This document shows positions 38,661 through 48,270 of a stretch of 64,000 bases of DNA, one piece after another (the first letter of the stretch is position 1; every line of letters starts with the position of its first letter). The translations under genes and the position numbers were made by a program. The notes under the pieces are model-generated. The model was not told the origin of the DNA, ran no database searches, and saw nothing but the letters and a program-made list of their open reading frames with translations. Source of the stretch: an uncultured Verrucomicrobiae bacterium (GTDB taxonomy: Bacteria > Verrucomicrobiota > Verrucomicrobiia > Chthoniobacterales > JAFAMB01); contig CAVXLD010000012.1 of NCBI GenBank assembly GCA_963762565.1, positions 160,001-224,000 on the forward strand. Direction: 5' to 3'.

Positions 38661-39415
38661 TGAGCCATAAAGAAAAGAATATGAGCCATACACATACTCA
38701 CGGAAATTCTGGTCATACCCCTCACAAAGCGGCTCCGATGGTGGAAGAAATAACCGACTACGAGGTTTTAGAAATTGCCGTACGGGAGCTTGCGATTGAG
38801 CACGGTCTCTTCACCGCAGAGGATCATCGCAGATTCACGGAGTGGGCAGAATCGATTGGACCAGCGGCGGGTTCTCGATTGGTGGCGAAAGCGTGGACCG
38901 ATCCCGCTTTCAAGGCCCGTGCCCTGAAAGACGGCGTCAAAGCTTGCAAGGAAGTCGGCGTCGATTGGGCGGAGCCGACGGGATTCGGCACTCCGAGCGA
39001 TTACATGGAATTTCATCTGCTTGAAGATACGCCAACCCTGCATCATGTGATTGTGTGTACGCTCTGCTCGTGTTATCCGCGCCCCTTGCTGGGAATGTCG
39101 CCGGAATGGTACCGCACCACTAATTACCGCCGCAGGTTAGTCCGCTGGCCCCGTCAAGTCCTGGCAGAGTTTGGGTTAATCCTTCCGCCCGAGGTGGAGG
39201 TACGCGTAGAGGACTCGAACCAGAAGTGCCGCTTTATGGTTCTTCCGATGCGACCCAAAGGGACCGAGAAATGGACCGAGAAGCAACTGGAGGCGATTGT
39301 CACACGTGATTGCATGATTGGAGTCGCGCTGCCAAAACCGGGACGAACAGCAGACGTTCACCCAATCCAAAAGGCTCGACGGCCTGTGAAGAGCTCGCAT
39401 CAGGAGGGCGCCTGA
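38660..39415 (+). CDS. scnC: Thiocyanate hydrolase gamma (cobalt-binding) subunit
   Basis: His-rich N-terminus, APMVEE.TD.E.LE.AVRELAIE, FGTPSDY, Co-type VCTLCSCYPRP, NYRRRLVRWPRQVLAEFG, VTRDC. TGATG coupling; alternative ATG at 38681. Confidence 0.92.
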   Translation: MSHKEKNMSHTHTHGNSGHTPHKAAPMVEEITDYEVLEIAVRELAIEHGLFTAEDHRRFTEWAESIGPAAGSRLVAKAWTDPAFKARALKDGVKACKEVGVDWAEPTGFGTPSDYMEFHLLEDTPTLHHVIVCTLCSCYPRPLLGMSPEWYRTTNYRRRLVRWPRQVLAEFGLILPPEVEVRVEDSNQKCRFMVLPMRPKGTEKWTEKQLEAIVTRDCMIGVALPKPGRTADVHPIQKARRPVKSSHQEGA

Positions 39416-39750
39416 TGAATGCCGATCGGATTGCGCTCTTGGAGGCTACTCGCAATCAAGACAAGGCATGGGAGGTGCTGGCCCCGCGGTATGGGGTGAC
39501 TAACCTAAATCCACCTTGGAAAACGAGTCTTACCGCAATGTGTGACTGCCTTGCGGTCAGCGGAGCACTTCCGGCGCTGGACCGGCGGAAAGCTGAGGAT
39601 GCGCTGGCAGAGACCGTATATATGGACGTACCTTCGCCCGAACGTCAGTTGCTCGCACTTGTCCATACCATGGTCAGCCGCGGTCTGGTGACCGAGGCGG
39701 ATCTGGCGAGCCGAATGCGTACTATTCGAGCGCGGCTGGAAGCGGTTTAG
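39415..39750 (+). CDS. Thiocyanate hydrolase activator/metallochaperone (P15K-like)
   Basis: YGVTN.NPPWK..L..MCD, RR.AED, PER.LLAL.H....RG...E..L..RM..IRARLE; TGATG coupling directly after scnC. Confidence 0.75.
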   Translation: MNADRIALLEATRNQDKAWEVLAPRYGVTNLNPPWKTSLTAMCDCLAVSGALPALDRRKAEDALAETVYMDVPSPERQLLALVHTMVSRGLVTEADLASRMRTIRARLEAV

Positions 39751-39814
39751 GGCAGCAATATCGCACTGGTCTGCAACCAAACCGCAATTTTGCGCGCACC
39801 GAGGCTGATATAGG

Positions 39815-40873
39815 ATGATTTGGAGGCAGTTTAGACGGGTTTTCAAGGACCGGGCAGCTGATCTCCGCGTTTCGATCATCGGTATCTATCTCATTCTTTT
39901 CGCGATGAATCTTGCCGCGTGGGCCTGGGCGTTTGCGGCTTTTTATTCGCATCCGGTGCTGTTAGGAACTTCGTTATTAGCCTACAGCTTTGGTCTTCGG
40001 CATGCCGTGGATGCGGACCACATCGCGGCGATCGACAACGTTACCAGGAAATTGATGAACGACGGAAAACGCCCGGTTTCCGTTGGCTTCTTTTTCTCGC
40101 TTGGTCATTCAACCGTGGTTTTACTCGCTTGCTTTGCCGTGGCTCTGACCACGAGCGCGTTGCAAAATCGTTTTGGCCCTCTTCAGCGGGTCGGTGGAAT
40201 AATTGGTACTTCTGTATCTGCGGGTGTCTTGTTCGCGTTAGCGTTCATGAACATCCTGATCATGACCAGGATTTGGCAGACGTTCCAGCGGGTACGGCAT
40301 GGAGGACGTTATGTCGACGAGGACATGGATATTATTCTGGCGCGAGGAGGTTTACTGGCCCGGATTTTCCGACCGCTCTTCAGGTTGATCACGAAAAGCC
40401 GGCACATGTATCCATTGGGTTTTTTGTTTGGGCTAGGATTTGAGACCGCCACAGAAGTGGCCCTTGTAGGTCTATCCGCCTCGGAAACCGCCAAAAACTT
40501 GCCGATTTGGTCAGTTCTCGTTTTTCCGGCTTTATTTACGGCCGGCATGTCGATGGTGGATACAACGGACGGGATTCTGATGCTGGGCGCTTACGGCTGG
40601 GCATTCTTAAACCCGTTGCGAAAGCTTTTTTACAATCTCACGGTCACAGCCGTCTCCGTGTTGGTGGCGGTACTGATCGGGGGAGTGGAGACCTTGGGCC
40701 TTATCGGTGATCAGCTCTCTTTTACCGGCTGGTTTTGGGATATTGTCCGCTCGGCCAACGACAATTTTGGCCTGATCGGTTACCTTATCATTGGGTTGTT
40801 CGTAGCGAGTTGGTTCCTGTCGCTGATTATCTATCGAATCAAGGGGTACGATAAGGTGGTGGTGTCAAATTAA
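39815..40873 (+). CDS. NiCoT (HoxN/HupN/NixA/NhlF) nickel/cobalt permease
   Basis: Signature GLRHAVDADHIAAIDN, FSLGHSTVV, GFLFGLGFETATE; about 8 TM segments. Confidence 0.93.
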   Translation: MIWRQFRRVFKDRAADLRVSIIGIYLILFAMNLAAWAWAFAAFYSHPVLLGTSLLAYSFGLRHAVDADHIAAIDNVTRKLMNDGKRPVSVGFFFSLGHSTVVLLACFAVALTTSALQNRFGPLQRVGGIIGTSVSAGVLFALAFMNILIMTRIWQTFQRVRHGGRYVDEDMDIILARGGLLARIFRPLFRLITKSRHMYPLGFLFGLGFETATEVALVGLSASETAKNLPIWSVLVFPALFTAGMSMVDTTDGILMLGAYGWAFLNPLRKLFYNLTVTAVSVLVAVLIGGVETLGLIGDQLSFTGWFWDIVRSANDNFGLIGYLIIGLFVASWFLSLIIYRIKGYDKVVVSN

Positions 40874-40940
40874 ACGTAGTTGGCACCACTCGACCAAAGA
40901 CCGCCATTCTTGACCCGTGCCGGCACACTCACAAGGCACT

Positions 40941-41110
40941 TCGTTCTCGTCCTCGTCGTCGTCCTTCCGACTTCGCCAACGCCTGGTTGTGGAGCGCGCC
41001 TCGCTTGCGAGGCCGAGTTCGAGCGGTTGGCAACATAGAGCATAGGCTTCGTCGGACAGGCTGTCCTCGAATCCGGCCACGCGGAGTGATGTAGTGTTGG
41101 AGTACTGCGC
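40941..41110. repeat. Composite of nested intergenic repeats
   Basis: Host CTCGTCCTCG..GTCCTCGAA..GGAGTGATG element (uninterrupted relative at 56281-56344), split by family B (40966-41061), which contains CCTCGCTTGCGAGGCCG (also at ~53318). Confidence 0.7.
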
Positions 41111-41177
41111 CAAGTCCGAAAAGCATCCGCCTTGGCGGATTGGAGATGCTGAATGGTTCTCAGTTTTTTTTGTGCGT

Positions 41178-41204
41178 TGTCGAATTGAAGCGCGACCGTT
41201 CGAC
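41178..41204 (+). promoter_or_regulatory. Putative ECF42-type promoter
   Basis: TGTCGA-N17-CGAC, 60 bp upstream of the DGPF gene; matches the known ECF42 consensus TGTCGA / CG(A/T)C. Confidence 0.65.
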
Positions 41205-41263
41205 TAGATTACTGAAAACTGGTTAGAATCAAATCAACCCAACTACCTAGGAGAAAATCTATT

Positions 41264-41602
41264 ATGCAATACTTGCTATTGATCTATGAGAACGAAAAAC
41301 GTTTCGCTACCGGTTACGACCCGGCAGAAATGAAAGAGTATATGGCCTTCGGCGAGACGTACGGGAAAGCTATTAAAGGTGGGAACGCGCTTCGAGCGAC
41401 AACCACAGCCACCACCGTCCGAGTCCGTGACGGCAAGCGTCTGACCACGGACGGGCCGTTTGCGGAGACCAAAGAACAGTTAGGTGGGTTTTATTTAGTC
41501 GAGGCGGACGACCTTGACCATGCCATCGAGATGGCCGGGAAAATCCCGGGCGCCCGCCACGGCTCTGTCGAAGTCCGGCCGATCGAGACATTCGGGCAGT
41601 GA
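41264..41602 (+). CDS. YciI/DGPF domain protein
   Basis: MQYLLLIY, TDGPFAETKEQLGGFY, GSVEVRP; AGGAG RBS. Confidence 0.9.
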   Translation: MQYLLLIYENEKRFATGYDPAEMKEYMAFGETYGKAIKGGNALRATTTATTVRVRDGKRLTTDGPFAETKEQLGGFYLVEADDLDHAIEMAGKIPGARHGSVEVRPIETFGQ

Positions 41603-42828
41603 GAGAACTAGAGGACGTCTTCCGTAATGAATGGGGGCGGATATTGTCCGCCCTCATTTCTGCGCTGGGTGACTTCGATCTTGCAGAAGAGGTGCTGCAG
41701 GAGGCTTTCTCTTCCGCCGTTGTCCAATGGTCTACGGGTGCACCCCAAAATCCGCGGGCCTGGCTCTACGCAACGGCCAAACATAAAGCGATCGATATCA
41801 TCCGGCGCCGGACTAACTTTGCCGAAAAGCAGGCAGAGTTGGTGATACGGGAAGAATGCGGCCGCACCGACGCTATTGATGGCGAAGAGGACTCTGTTGT
41901 GCCTGACGAACGATTACGATTGATTTTTACTTGTTGCCATCCCGCGTTGCCACCAGAAGCGCAAGCTGCCTTAACCCTGCGTACGCTATGCGGGCTGACA
42001 ACGGAAGAGATCGCCCACGCTTTTTTGTTGCCGACCGCTACCATTGCCCAACGGTTGGTGCGCGCGAAAACCAAGATTCGAAACGCAGGCATCCCTTATC
42101 GGGTTCCCTCTGCCCCGGACGTATCCGCTCGGCTATCCGTAGTGATGGCGGTGATTTACCTCGTATTTAACGAAGGGTACTCAGCGGCACTCGGCGATAC
42201 CCTGGTGCGTCACGAGCTTTGCGCTGAGGCTATTCGGCTGGCGCGATTGTTGCGACTGCTCTTACCAGAGCCGGAACCAGAATTAGACGCGTTGTTGGCT
42301 TTGATGCTGTTGCATGACTCTCGCCGAGGCGCTCGCGAAGATGCTAATGGCGATCTGGTTCTTCTGGCCGACCAGGATCGTACCCGTTGGAACCGCTCAC
42401 AAATCGACGAAGGGTGTGCCTTGGTGCAATCGGTGTTTCAGCAGGGTCCAATCGGACCCTATGCCATCGAGGCGGCCATCGCAGCTTTGCATGCAAGTGC
42501 CCCCTGCGCTGAGGAGACTGATTGGAAACAGATCAGTGCGCTCTATGGGCGGCTGTTTGCGCTACACCATTCGCCGGTAGTTGCCCTCAACCGCGCGGCA
42601 GCGATGTCGATGGCAGAAGGGCCAGAAGCGGCATTACCGCTGGTTAATGCTCTAGAGTCGTCGCTTGAAGATTACCATTTGTGGCACGCTACACGTGCCG
42701 ATTTGCTGCGACGACTCGGGCGTAAAGCAGAGGCCGCCGTTGCTTATCGGCGTGCTCTGGAACTGACGGAGAATGCGGTAGAGCGACGCTTTCTCACGCG
42801 CCGCCTGGAGGCACTTTCAGACAATTGA
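41599..42828 (+). CDS. ECF42-type sigma factor with long TPR-like C-terminal extension
   Basis: DLAEE.LQEAF, RLRLIFTCCHPAL, AQRLVRAK, YLVFNEGY, QDRTRW, SPVVALNRA; coupled to the DGPF gene. Confidence 0.9.
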   Translation: MRELEDVFRNEWGRILSALISALGDFDLAEEVLQEAFSSAVVQWSTGAPQNPRAWLYATAKHKAIDIIRRRTNFAEKQAELVIREECGRTDAIDGEEDSVVPDERLRLIFTCCHPALPPEAQAALTLRTLCGLTTEEIAHAFLLPTATIAQRLVRAKTKIRNAGIPYRVPSAPDVSARLSVVMAVIYLVFNEGYSAALGDTLVRHELCAEAIRLARLLRLLLPEPEPELDALLALMLLHDSRRGAREDANGDLVLLADQDRTRWNRSQIDEGCALVQSVFQQGPIGPYAIEAAIAALHASAPCAEETDWKQISALYGRLFALHHSPVVALNRAAAMSMAEGPEAALPLVNALESSLEDYHLWHATRADLLRRLGRKAEAAVAYRRALELTENAVERRFLTRRLEALSDN

Positions 42829-42882
42829 TTTAAGCGATTCTACAATCGTCACCGGTCTTTCTCGAAACGCCTCCCCAGATTT

Positions 42883-43290
42883 TCACCACGACGTGACGAC
42901 TTTCGGATTTTGGCCGCCTTTTTTCTTGCAGTCTCTGATGGCTGCCTGCTCCTGGTCATGTTTTGGGTCGCCCACATTCACAATGTGATGACCGGGCAGC
43001 GAAAAGCTAAAACCGACAATCGTTCCAGCGCCGTTGTCTGAGACCGCGACTGCTCCGTTGGCCGCCTTAATAAAGGTTCCGGCTATTTTAGCGTCTGCTC
43101 CGCCGCGGGCCTTGCATTTCTGGATCGCTTGCGCGCAAACCGCTGTCGTATCTGTAAGACTACTATCGTGCGCAATCGCCCACTTGCCGTTACTCGCGAC
43201 GGCGATCGCGAGAGCAGCAGTGAGGCTTTGCGTAGGGAAGAAACTCGATCCGAATAGGATCGACATAATCGTCAGCTGTCGTTTTATCAT
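42883..43290 (-). CDS. Small exported protein, DUF4189-like with internal repeat
   Basis: Two related halves: AIAVASNG...AIQKCKARGG and AVAVSDNG...AIRDCKKKGG. Confidence 0.55.
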   Translation of the reverse strand: MIKRQLTIMSILFGSSFFPTQSLTAALAIAVASNGKWAIAHDSSLTDTTAVCAQAIQKCKARGGADAKIAGTFIKAANGAVAVSDNGAGTIVGFSFSLPGHHIVNVGDPKHDQEQAAIRDCKKKGGQNPKVVTSW

Positions 43291-43509
43291 TTTGGGTCTG
43301 TCTTGATAACCCGTCCCTGGAATAGGTTGCTAGCTCGCCAATCAATATTCATGCCTCTGCACGTTTCGGTCTGAGCATAGCGAGTCATGCCTTAGGCAGT
43401 AAAACGGAAGAAAACGGCAACTGTTTCAGGAAAAGGAAACTGCGCCGATGAGACAATATGCTTCCCATCAAACAAATAGTGCCGGTTTCGAGAGATCCTC
43501 GATTGAGAG

Positions 43510-44748
43510 TCAGCGTTCCGGTCGACGCGAACCATTGGCAGAAAGTCCGCTCTGCCAAATCGCGTCGGGCATAAGCCAAGCACCGCAAAAGCCGAGAAAG
43601 ATCACCGCAGCGACTGGCTGGATAGTCAGAATCCAAAGAGCCTTTTGGCTGGGCAAAAAGCTGGTGCGAGCCACGGCGAAGACCATCAGGAGATAAACCA
43701 GTAGCATCCCCATACGCAACCAACTGGGCCGGGAACTCAGGAACACGTCGACGAACGTTAATACCATAGCGGGAGCGAGCAGCACGTAAGTCTGAAGTTC
43801 TGTGGCGGGACCGCAAAGTGTCATCCAGATGCAAGCGAACGCCAGTATCCCTGCTAACAGCCGATCCTTTGGCCAATCTTTCCAAACGCCAAACAAACAG
43901 AAAACGGCGATTAGACCCCCGCTCAGGATCTGAAAGGCGGTGTAAACGAAGCCGGGAATCGGGAGATGGCCGAAACGCACCAGGAGAAACCAAAGGTCCA
44001 ATGGCACATCCTTTATCGGGTAAAGGCGGCGGTCATCGGCTGAACGAGTTGAGATCCAGTCGTGATATTGCTGTGATACGTAAGCCCAGTGCTGAAAAAG
44101 AAAGGGCAGGATTCCAAGGAGGAGTAATGCCAGTAGCAGTCGCCAGCCCAGTCTCCGAGGCGCTATCAGCAAGAGAACGAGGCCGACCGCGAAGGGATAA
44201 ATCTTAATATAAGTCGCCGCGGCAATGCAAAGAGCTGCCACAGCCCAACGTTCAGCTGGCGCCGCTGCCACCGCGAGAAGTACGAGGCCGATCACGGTAG
44301 GATTAGCCTGGCCCGTATCCAGATTGCCGAGTACCAACGGCACTAGCAAAAGGTAGACGATACCGTGATATCCCGGCTTTATCCCTGAATAGGTGCCGCT
44401 ACCCAAGAGAGCCCAGACGCCGGCAAGAAATATCCCGGCGTTGAACCAGGTCCAGCAGAGATTGCCCAAACCGGGCGGAAGCAATGCAAACGGGGTAAAA
44501 AAGACGGCTGCTAACGGGCTGTAGACAAATCCTCTCCAGTCTCCATACAGATGTTGGGCACTTAGCCAATGTGACCCGGCAAGACGATAGACGGTGAACG
44601 CGGTGGCGCGATGGGGATTGCCAAGTGTGCGCACCGCCAACCCCAAGAAAACGATAGCCCATACCGCCAACGCACCGATGTTCCACCCGCCGAAGGTCTT
44701 AACCCAACCCTGCAGCCCGGCGGAACGACCCTCCGAGACCGTGCTCAT
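43510..44748 (-). CDS. GT87/DUF2029 family membrane glycosyltransferase
   Basis: VYRLAG.HW, FVYSPL.AVFF.PFA.LP, GQAN, IKIYP; many TM segments. Confidence 0.8.
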   Translation of the reverse strand: MSTVSEGRSAGLQGWVKTFGGWNIGALAVWAIVFLGLAVRTLGNPHRATAFTVYRLAGSHWLSAQHLYGDWRGFVYSPLAAVFFTPFALLPPGLGNLCWTWFNAGIFLAGVWALLGSGTYSGIKPGYHGIVYLLLVPLVLGNLDTGQANPTVIGLVLLAVAAAPAERWAVAALCIAAATYIKIYPFAVGLVLLLIAPRRLGWRLLLALLLLGILPFLFQHWAYVSQQYHDWISTRSADDRRLYPIKDVPLDLWFLLVRFGHLPIPGFVYTAFQILSGGLIAVFCLFGVWKDWPKDRLLAGILAFACIWMTLCGPATELQTYVLLAPAMVLTFVDVFLSSRPSWLRMGMLLVYLLMVFAVARTSFLPSQKALWILTIQPVAAVIFLGFCGAWLMPDAIWQSGLSANGSRRPER

Positions 44749-44934
44749 GGGAGACAAATCGCTGCCTGAATTCTATCTGCCGGGCTGACAGACGGCAAAA
44801 CGCATGCTATTTCCGGGACACGATACGAGTGACTGGTCGATAAGGCGTGCGAACTAAGAAAAGCGTGAAACATTTTATCTTCGGGAAGCCGATACCGTGG
44901 GCGGGAGCTGGTATCGGAAGAAAGCCCTGCATAA

Positions 44935-46209
44935 ATGGCTCTTAAACTCGATACTGGCAAGCTCCAGATTATTGACCGAATTGTTGGTGTTCCGCTCTGC
45001 GCCGTTTTTACCCTGCTGCGGCGACTGAAGGGCGACCGGTTTGTGCCGGAGAGAGTCGAGCTTCCGCGCAACGTGCTCTTCGTCAAATTGGCGGAGCAAG
45101 GTTCGACGGTTCTGGCCTATCCTGCCATCTCGCGGGCTCTGCAGCTCGTTGGCCGCGAAAACGTGTTCTTCCTAGTTTTTGAGGAGAACCGATTCATCCT
45201 CGATGCGATGGGTCTTATCCCGGCCGAAAATGTAATCACGATTCGTCATAAAAATCCGTTCGAGCTCGCCTGGCAGGCTCTCCAGGCCGTGATGCGTATC
45301 CGCCGACAACGTCTGGATGCTGCGGTGGATCTGGAATTTTTCTCTCGCGGATCCGCGCTGCTTACGTTCCTATCCGGCGCGCGGCAACGCGTAGGGTTTC
45401 ACACCTTTTTTGGAGATGGACCCTATCGGGGCGACCTGATGACGCACCGGCTATCGTACAATCCGTATCTACACACGAGTCAAACGTTCTTGCTCATGGT
45501 GGTGGCTCTGGAACAACCGGTGCCTCGCTCAGGTAAATTATCAGTCCAGGTACCCCAAATTGAGAAATGGGTACCGGATTTTGAGCCTCTAGCGAGTGAA
45601 CAGGATGAAATACGCACTCTGCTTCAACGGGAGACCCGTAGTGAGACCGATCCCCCCATTGTATTGCTGAATCCGAATGCAAGCGACCTATTGCCGCTGC
45701 GTAAATGGCCGGAGGATCGGTACGTCTCACTTGCGCGACGTCTGCTGGATGCGTTTCCCGAGATCTATATAGGACTGACCGGTGCCCCCGACGAGGCGGG
45801 ACCGATCGAAGCCATGGTTCAGGAAATCGGATCGCCTCGCTGTTTTTCGCTCGCGGGAAAAACGACGTTGCGCCAGCTCCTGGTGCTTTACACGCTCTCG
45901 GAGCTTTTGATTACCAACGACAGCGGGCCTGCGCATTTTGCAGCAATGACTCAGATCCACACGTTGACGTTGTTTGGCCCGGAAACGCCCGCTCTTTTTG
46001 GCGCACGGACTCCTCGAGCCGTCACGATTTGGCAGGGGCTGGCCTGTAGCCCCTGCGTTAATGCTTATAATAATCGTCAAAGCTCCTGCACGAACAACGT
46101 GTGTATGCAGAAAATCATAGTCGACCGTGTCTTCGACGAAGCCAGCAAAGTGTATCTTGCGCGGGCAAGGAAGCAGGAGATCTCTGCAATTGGGCATGTG
46201 CCCGGTTAG
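44935..46209 (+). CDS. Glycosyltransferase family 9 (heptosyltransferase-like)
   Basis: LNPNAS...RKWP, LAGKTTL, ITNDSGPAH, LFGPETP, CSPC..C....CM. Confidence 0.85.
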   Translation: MALKLDTGKLQIIDRIVGVPLCAVFTLLRRLKGDRFVPERVELPRNVLFVKLAEQGSTVLAYPAISRALQLVGRENVFFLVFEENRFILDAMGLIPAENVITIRHKNPFELAWQALQAVMRIRRQRLDAAVDLEFFSRGSALLTFLSGARQRVGFHTFFGDGPYRGDLMTHRLSYNPYLHTSQTFLLMVVALEQPVPRSGKLSVQVPQIEKWVPDFEPLASEQDEIRTLLQRETRSETDPPIVLLNPNASDLLPLRKWPEDRYVSLARRLLDAFPEIYIGLTGAPDEAGPIEAMVQEIGSPRCFSLAGKTTLRQLLVLYTLSELLITNDSGPAHFAAMTQIHTLTLFGPETPALFGARTPRAVTIWQGLACSPCVNAYNNRQSSCTNNVCMQKIIVDRVFDEASKVYLARARKQEISAIGHVPG

Positions 46210-46253
46210 ACGCTACTTGATCCCAGCCGCCCTCATTATTATCGGGCCGTACG

Positions 46254-46799
46254 TCAATGCGTGCGAAAGTCCTGCCCTTTGACTGCCCCTTCGCTAAAGC
46301 CGCCGCGACTGACCTGACTAGGAGCGCCAGTGAAGGTTAAGATGTAATCGAACCCGACGTGTTGTTGACTCGAAAAAGTTAACTCGCCAGTGACCGCAAG
46401 GCGCTTGTTATCTAACCAGTTCCCAAGAGTTCGTAAATCCTTCACTACCCGGCCTGATGACCCCGCTTGTCTCGCTAAATCATCGTATAGAGACGGAGGA
46501 TCTACTTCCAGAGTCCTCTGCCACTTTCCGTCTTGCAAATAGGCAGCATAAACGTAAGTGCCCCTCACGAAGTCGGTGGCCACGACCACCCGAGATGAGT
46601 CGGGTGACCATTTGACATCCAAGCGCTTCACTCCTTGCATGTCTTCGACCACTGTAAATATCGCGGTACCGTGCTCTACAATCTTTGCGGTGGTGCCGCC
46701 CATCAATACATACTGACCATTCGGCGACGCCACATCTTGGGCGATGCCACTACCGACCGACAACAATAACATGGCTAACTGAAGGCTCTGGATTTTCAT
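46254..46799 (-). CDS. Exported hypothetical protein
   Basis: Signal peptide, SPNG and WSPDS turns; starts 2 bp after the upstream stop. Confidence 0.6.
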   Translation of the reverse strand: MKIQSLQLAMLLLSVGSGIAQDVASPNGQYVLMGGTTAKIVEHGTAIFTVVEDMQGVKRLDVKWSPDSSRVVVATDFVRGTYVYAAYLQDGKWQRTLEVDPPSLYDDLARQAGSSGRVVKDLRTLGNWLDNKRLAVTGELTFSSQQHVGFDYILTFTGAPSQVSRGGFSEGAVKGQDFRTH

Positions 46800-46801
46800 A
46801 A

Positions 46802-47422
46802 TTAGTTTCCAGGAATTGAACCGCTATGCGCGTACGCTTGAACGGTGACCATCGGATTTCCGATAGTATTGGAGTTTTGTTGGAATTGGATACCGACCGC
46901 AGTGGCGGCGGCCTCCGAAATTTCGCCTGCAGGCGCGTCTGCCGGGCCGTTATCCTCGACTCTCGCCCAAACTTGTTGGCCGGTGTCCACATTGGTAACT
47001 AACGCCCAGTCACCAATCTGGACGCCGGCCGCGGCCATGGCCGCATCCCGAACCACGTATGCGTATTGCGATGAATCAACCGGTTGCCCGTTTATCGTTC
47101 CCGATGTCTCCGGGTTGTAATCAGGGTCGTAGGCCGTGCTCTCGTTCGGGTCACCATCGGTGTCAATACGAGCTACTTGAGTACTGGACGAAAAGGAAGG
47201 ATCACCCAATTCGTCCTGCGGTGTGCCAAACCCGGTACCCTCTGCATTGGTAACGGACTGGGTCCCAGAGACTGCGTTCCCTATTTGCTGACCTTGCGAT
47301 AAATCGTTTTGCGTTGGAGTACCGGACGCCCCGCCGCTCGGCTGACTGATGCTATCATCGCATCCGGAGAGACCCGCGATGAGTAGCATAACGAAGCTCC
47401 AGCGAGGGATAGTTCGCGCCAT
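46802..47422 (-). CDS. Lipoprotein with GH75/DPBB-like domain
   Basis: Lipobox LSGC, low-complexity linker, IDTDGDP, GVQIGDWALV, ARVEDNGP, GEISEAAA. Confidence 0.6.
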   Translation of the reverse strand: MARTIPRWSFVMLLIAGLSGCDDSISQPSGGASGTPTQNDLSQGQQIGNAVSGTQSVTNAEGTGFGTPQDELGDPSFSSSTQVARIDTDGDPNESTAYDPDYNPETSGTINGQPVDSSQYAYVVRDAAMAAAGVQIGDWALVTNVDTGQQVWARVEDNGPADAPAGEISEAAATAVGIQFQQNSNTIGNPMVTVQAYAHSGSIPGN

Positions 47423-47436
47423 ATGGCTTCCAGCGC

Positions 47437-48183
47437 CTACGTCGAGGTCCGTTCAGGGCGCGCTCGCAGGAGGAATCCGAATACCTGATTGGTCGCGCCA
47501 TACTTCTCGATCCACGTCTCCACTTTCCCAAAACAATTCCAGTTTTTGCCCTTTCCAATATCGAGGCCGTACACCTGGCGATCCGACCCAAGGATAACGA
47601 CTGCCCCTAACGATACGGGACCGGTCGCAGAGTAGACACTTGGCCACACCAAAATCGACCCGGCGGGCGCCGCGCTAGGATCAACCGGGATCGCGTCAGA
47701 CTGTTGGAGCTCTCGGAGAATTCCTAAGGTGCTATTAGATCTGAATGTGAACCCGGTAATCGGGCCTAACACTGTGTTAAGCGCGGCCCCTATAGGACAA
47801 ATATCTTCACCGGGTGCGATGGTTCTCTGCTGGCTTGACGGCGATCCGGTCACTCCCAGCAGAACGCAGAACCGGGAAAGTACTTCTGATGGGATCAGAC
47901 TCTGATCGCGAGCAAAGTCGAGAGAGGTATCGGCAAAGAGGACCTGGTAAGATTTAACGGACGGATCGGTAGACCCGTTGGCTATCACCAAGGCGCCACG
48001 GCTTGTTTCCTGTTGCAGAACAAACAAATCGTATCTGGTTGCGCTGGTCTGTACTTCTCCGTAAAAGACGATCCGACCCTGGGGAACCGCATTCTGAACG
48101 AAGTTAGGCAATTGTTGGTCGAGACCGTCGGCCATTGCTGTTGAGGCAGTGAGCAAGAACAGGAATGGGAGATATAATAACAT
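47437..48183 (-). CDS. Exported hypothetical protein, possible degenerate NlpC/P60-like C-terminal domain
   Basis: Signal peptide; C...PAGSILV....LGAVVI resembles C...PGDII...GHVGI but lacks the His. Confidence 0.5.
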   Translation of the reverse strand: MLLYLPFLFLLTASTAMADGLDQQLPNFVQNAVPQGRIVFYGEVQTSATRYDLFVLQQETSRGALVIANGSTDPSVKSYQVLFADTSLDFARDQSLIPSEVLSRFCVLLGVTGSPSSQQRTIAPGEDICPIGAALNTVLGPITGFTFRSNSTLGILRELQQSDAIPVDPSAAPAGSILVWPSVYSATGPVSLGAVVILGSDRQVYGLDIGKGKNWNCFGKVETWIEKYGATNQVFGFLLRARPERTST

Positions 48184-48270
48184 TATTACAGAGTGTATGC
48201 CACGTCTAAACCATAGTCAATAACAGCTATATTAGATGTTATTATGCAGGACGCTACGAGTACCCAGAAC

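Noticed and set aside
38660..38690. Direct repeat ATGAGCCATA at the scnC start
   Set aside because: Short in-frame duplication giving two possible starts; no sign of a mobile-element boundary.
37922..39750. Ordinary nitrile hydratase
   Set aside because: Split beta subunit, B-A-C gene order and CSCYPRP fit thiocyanate hydrolase better.
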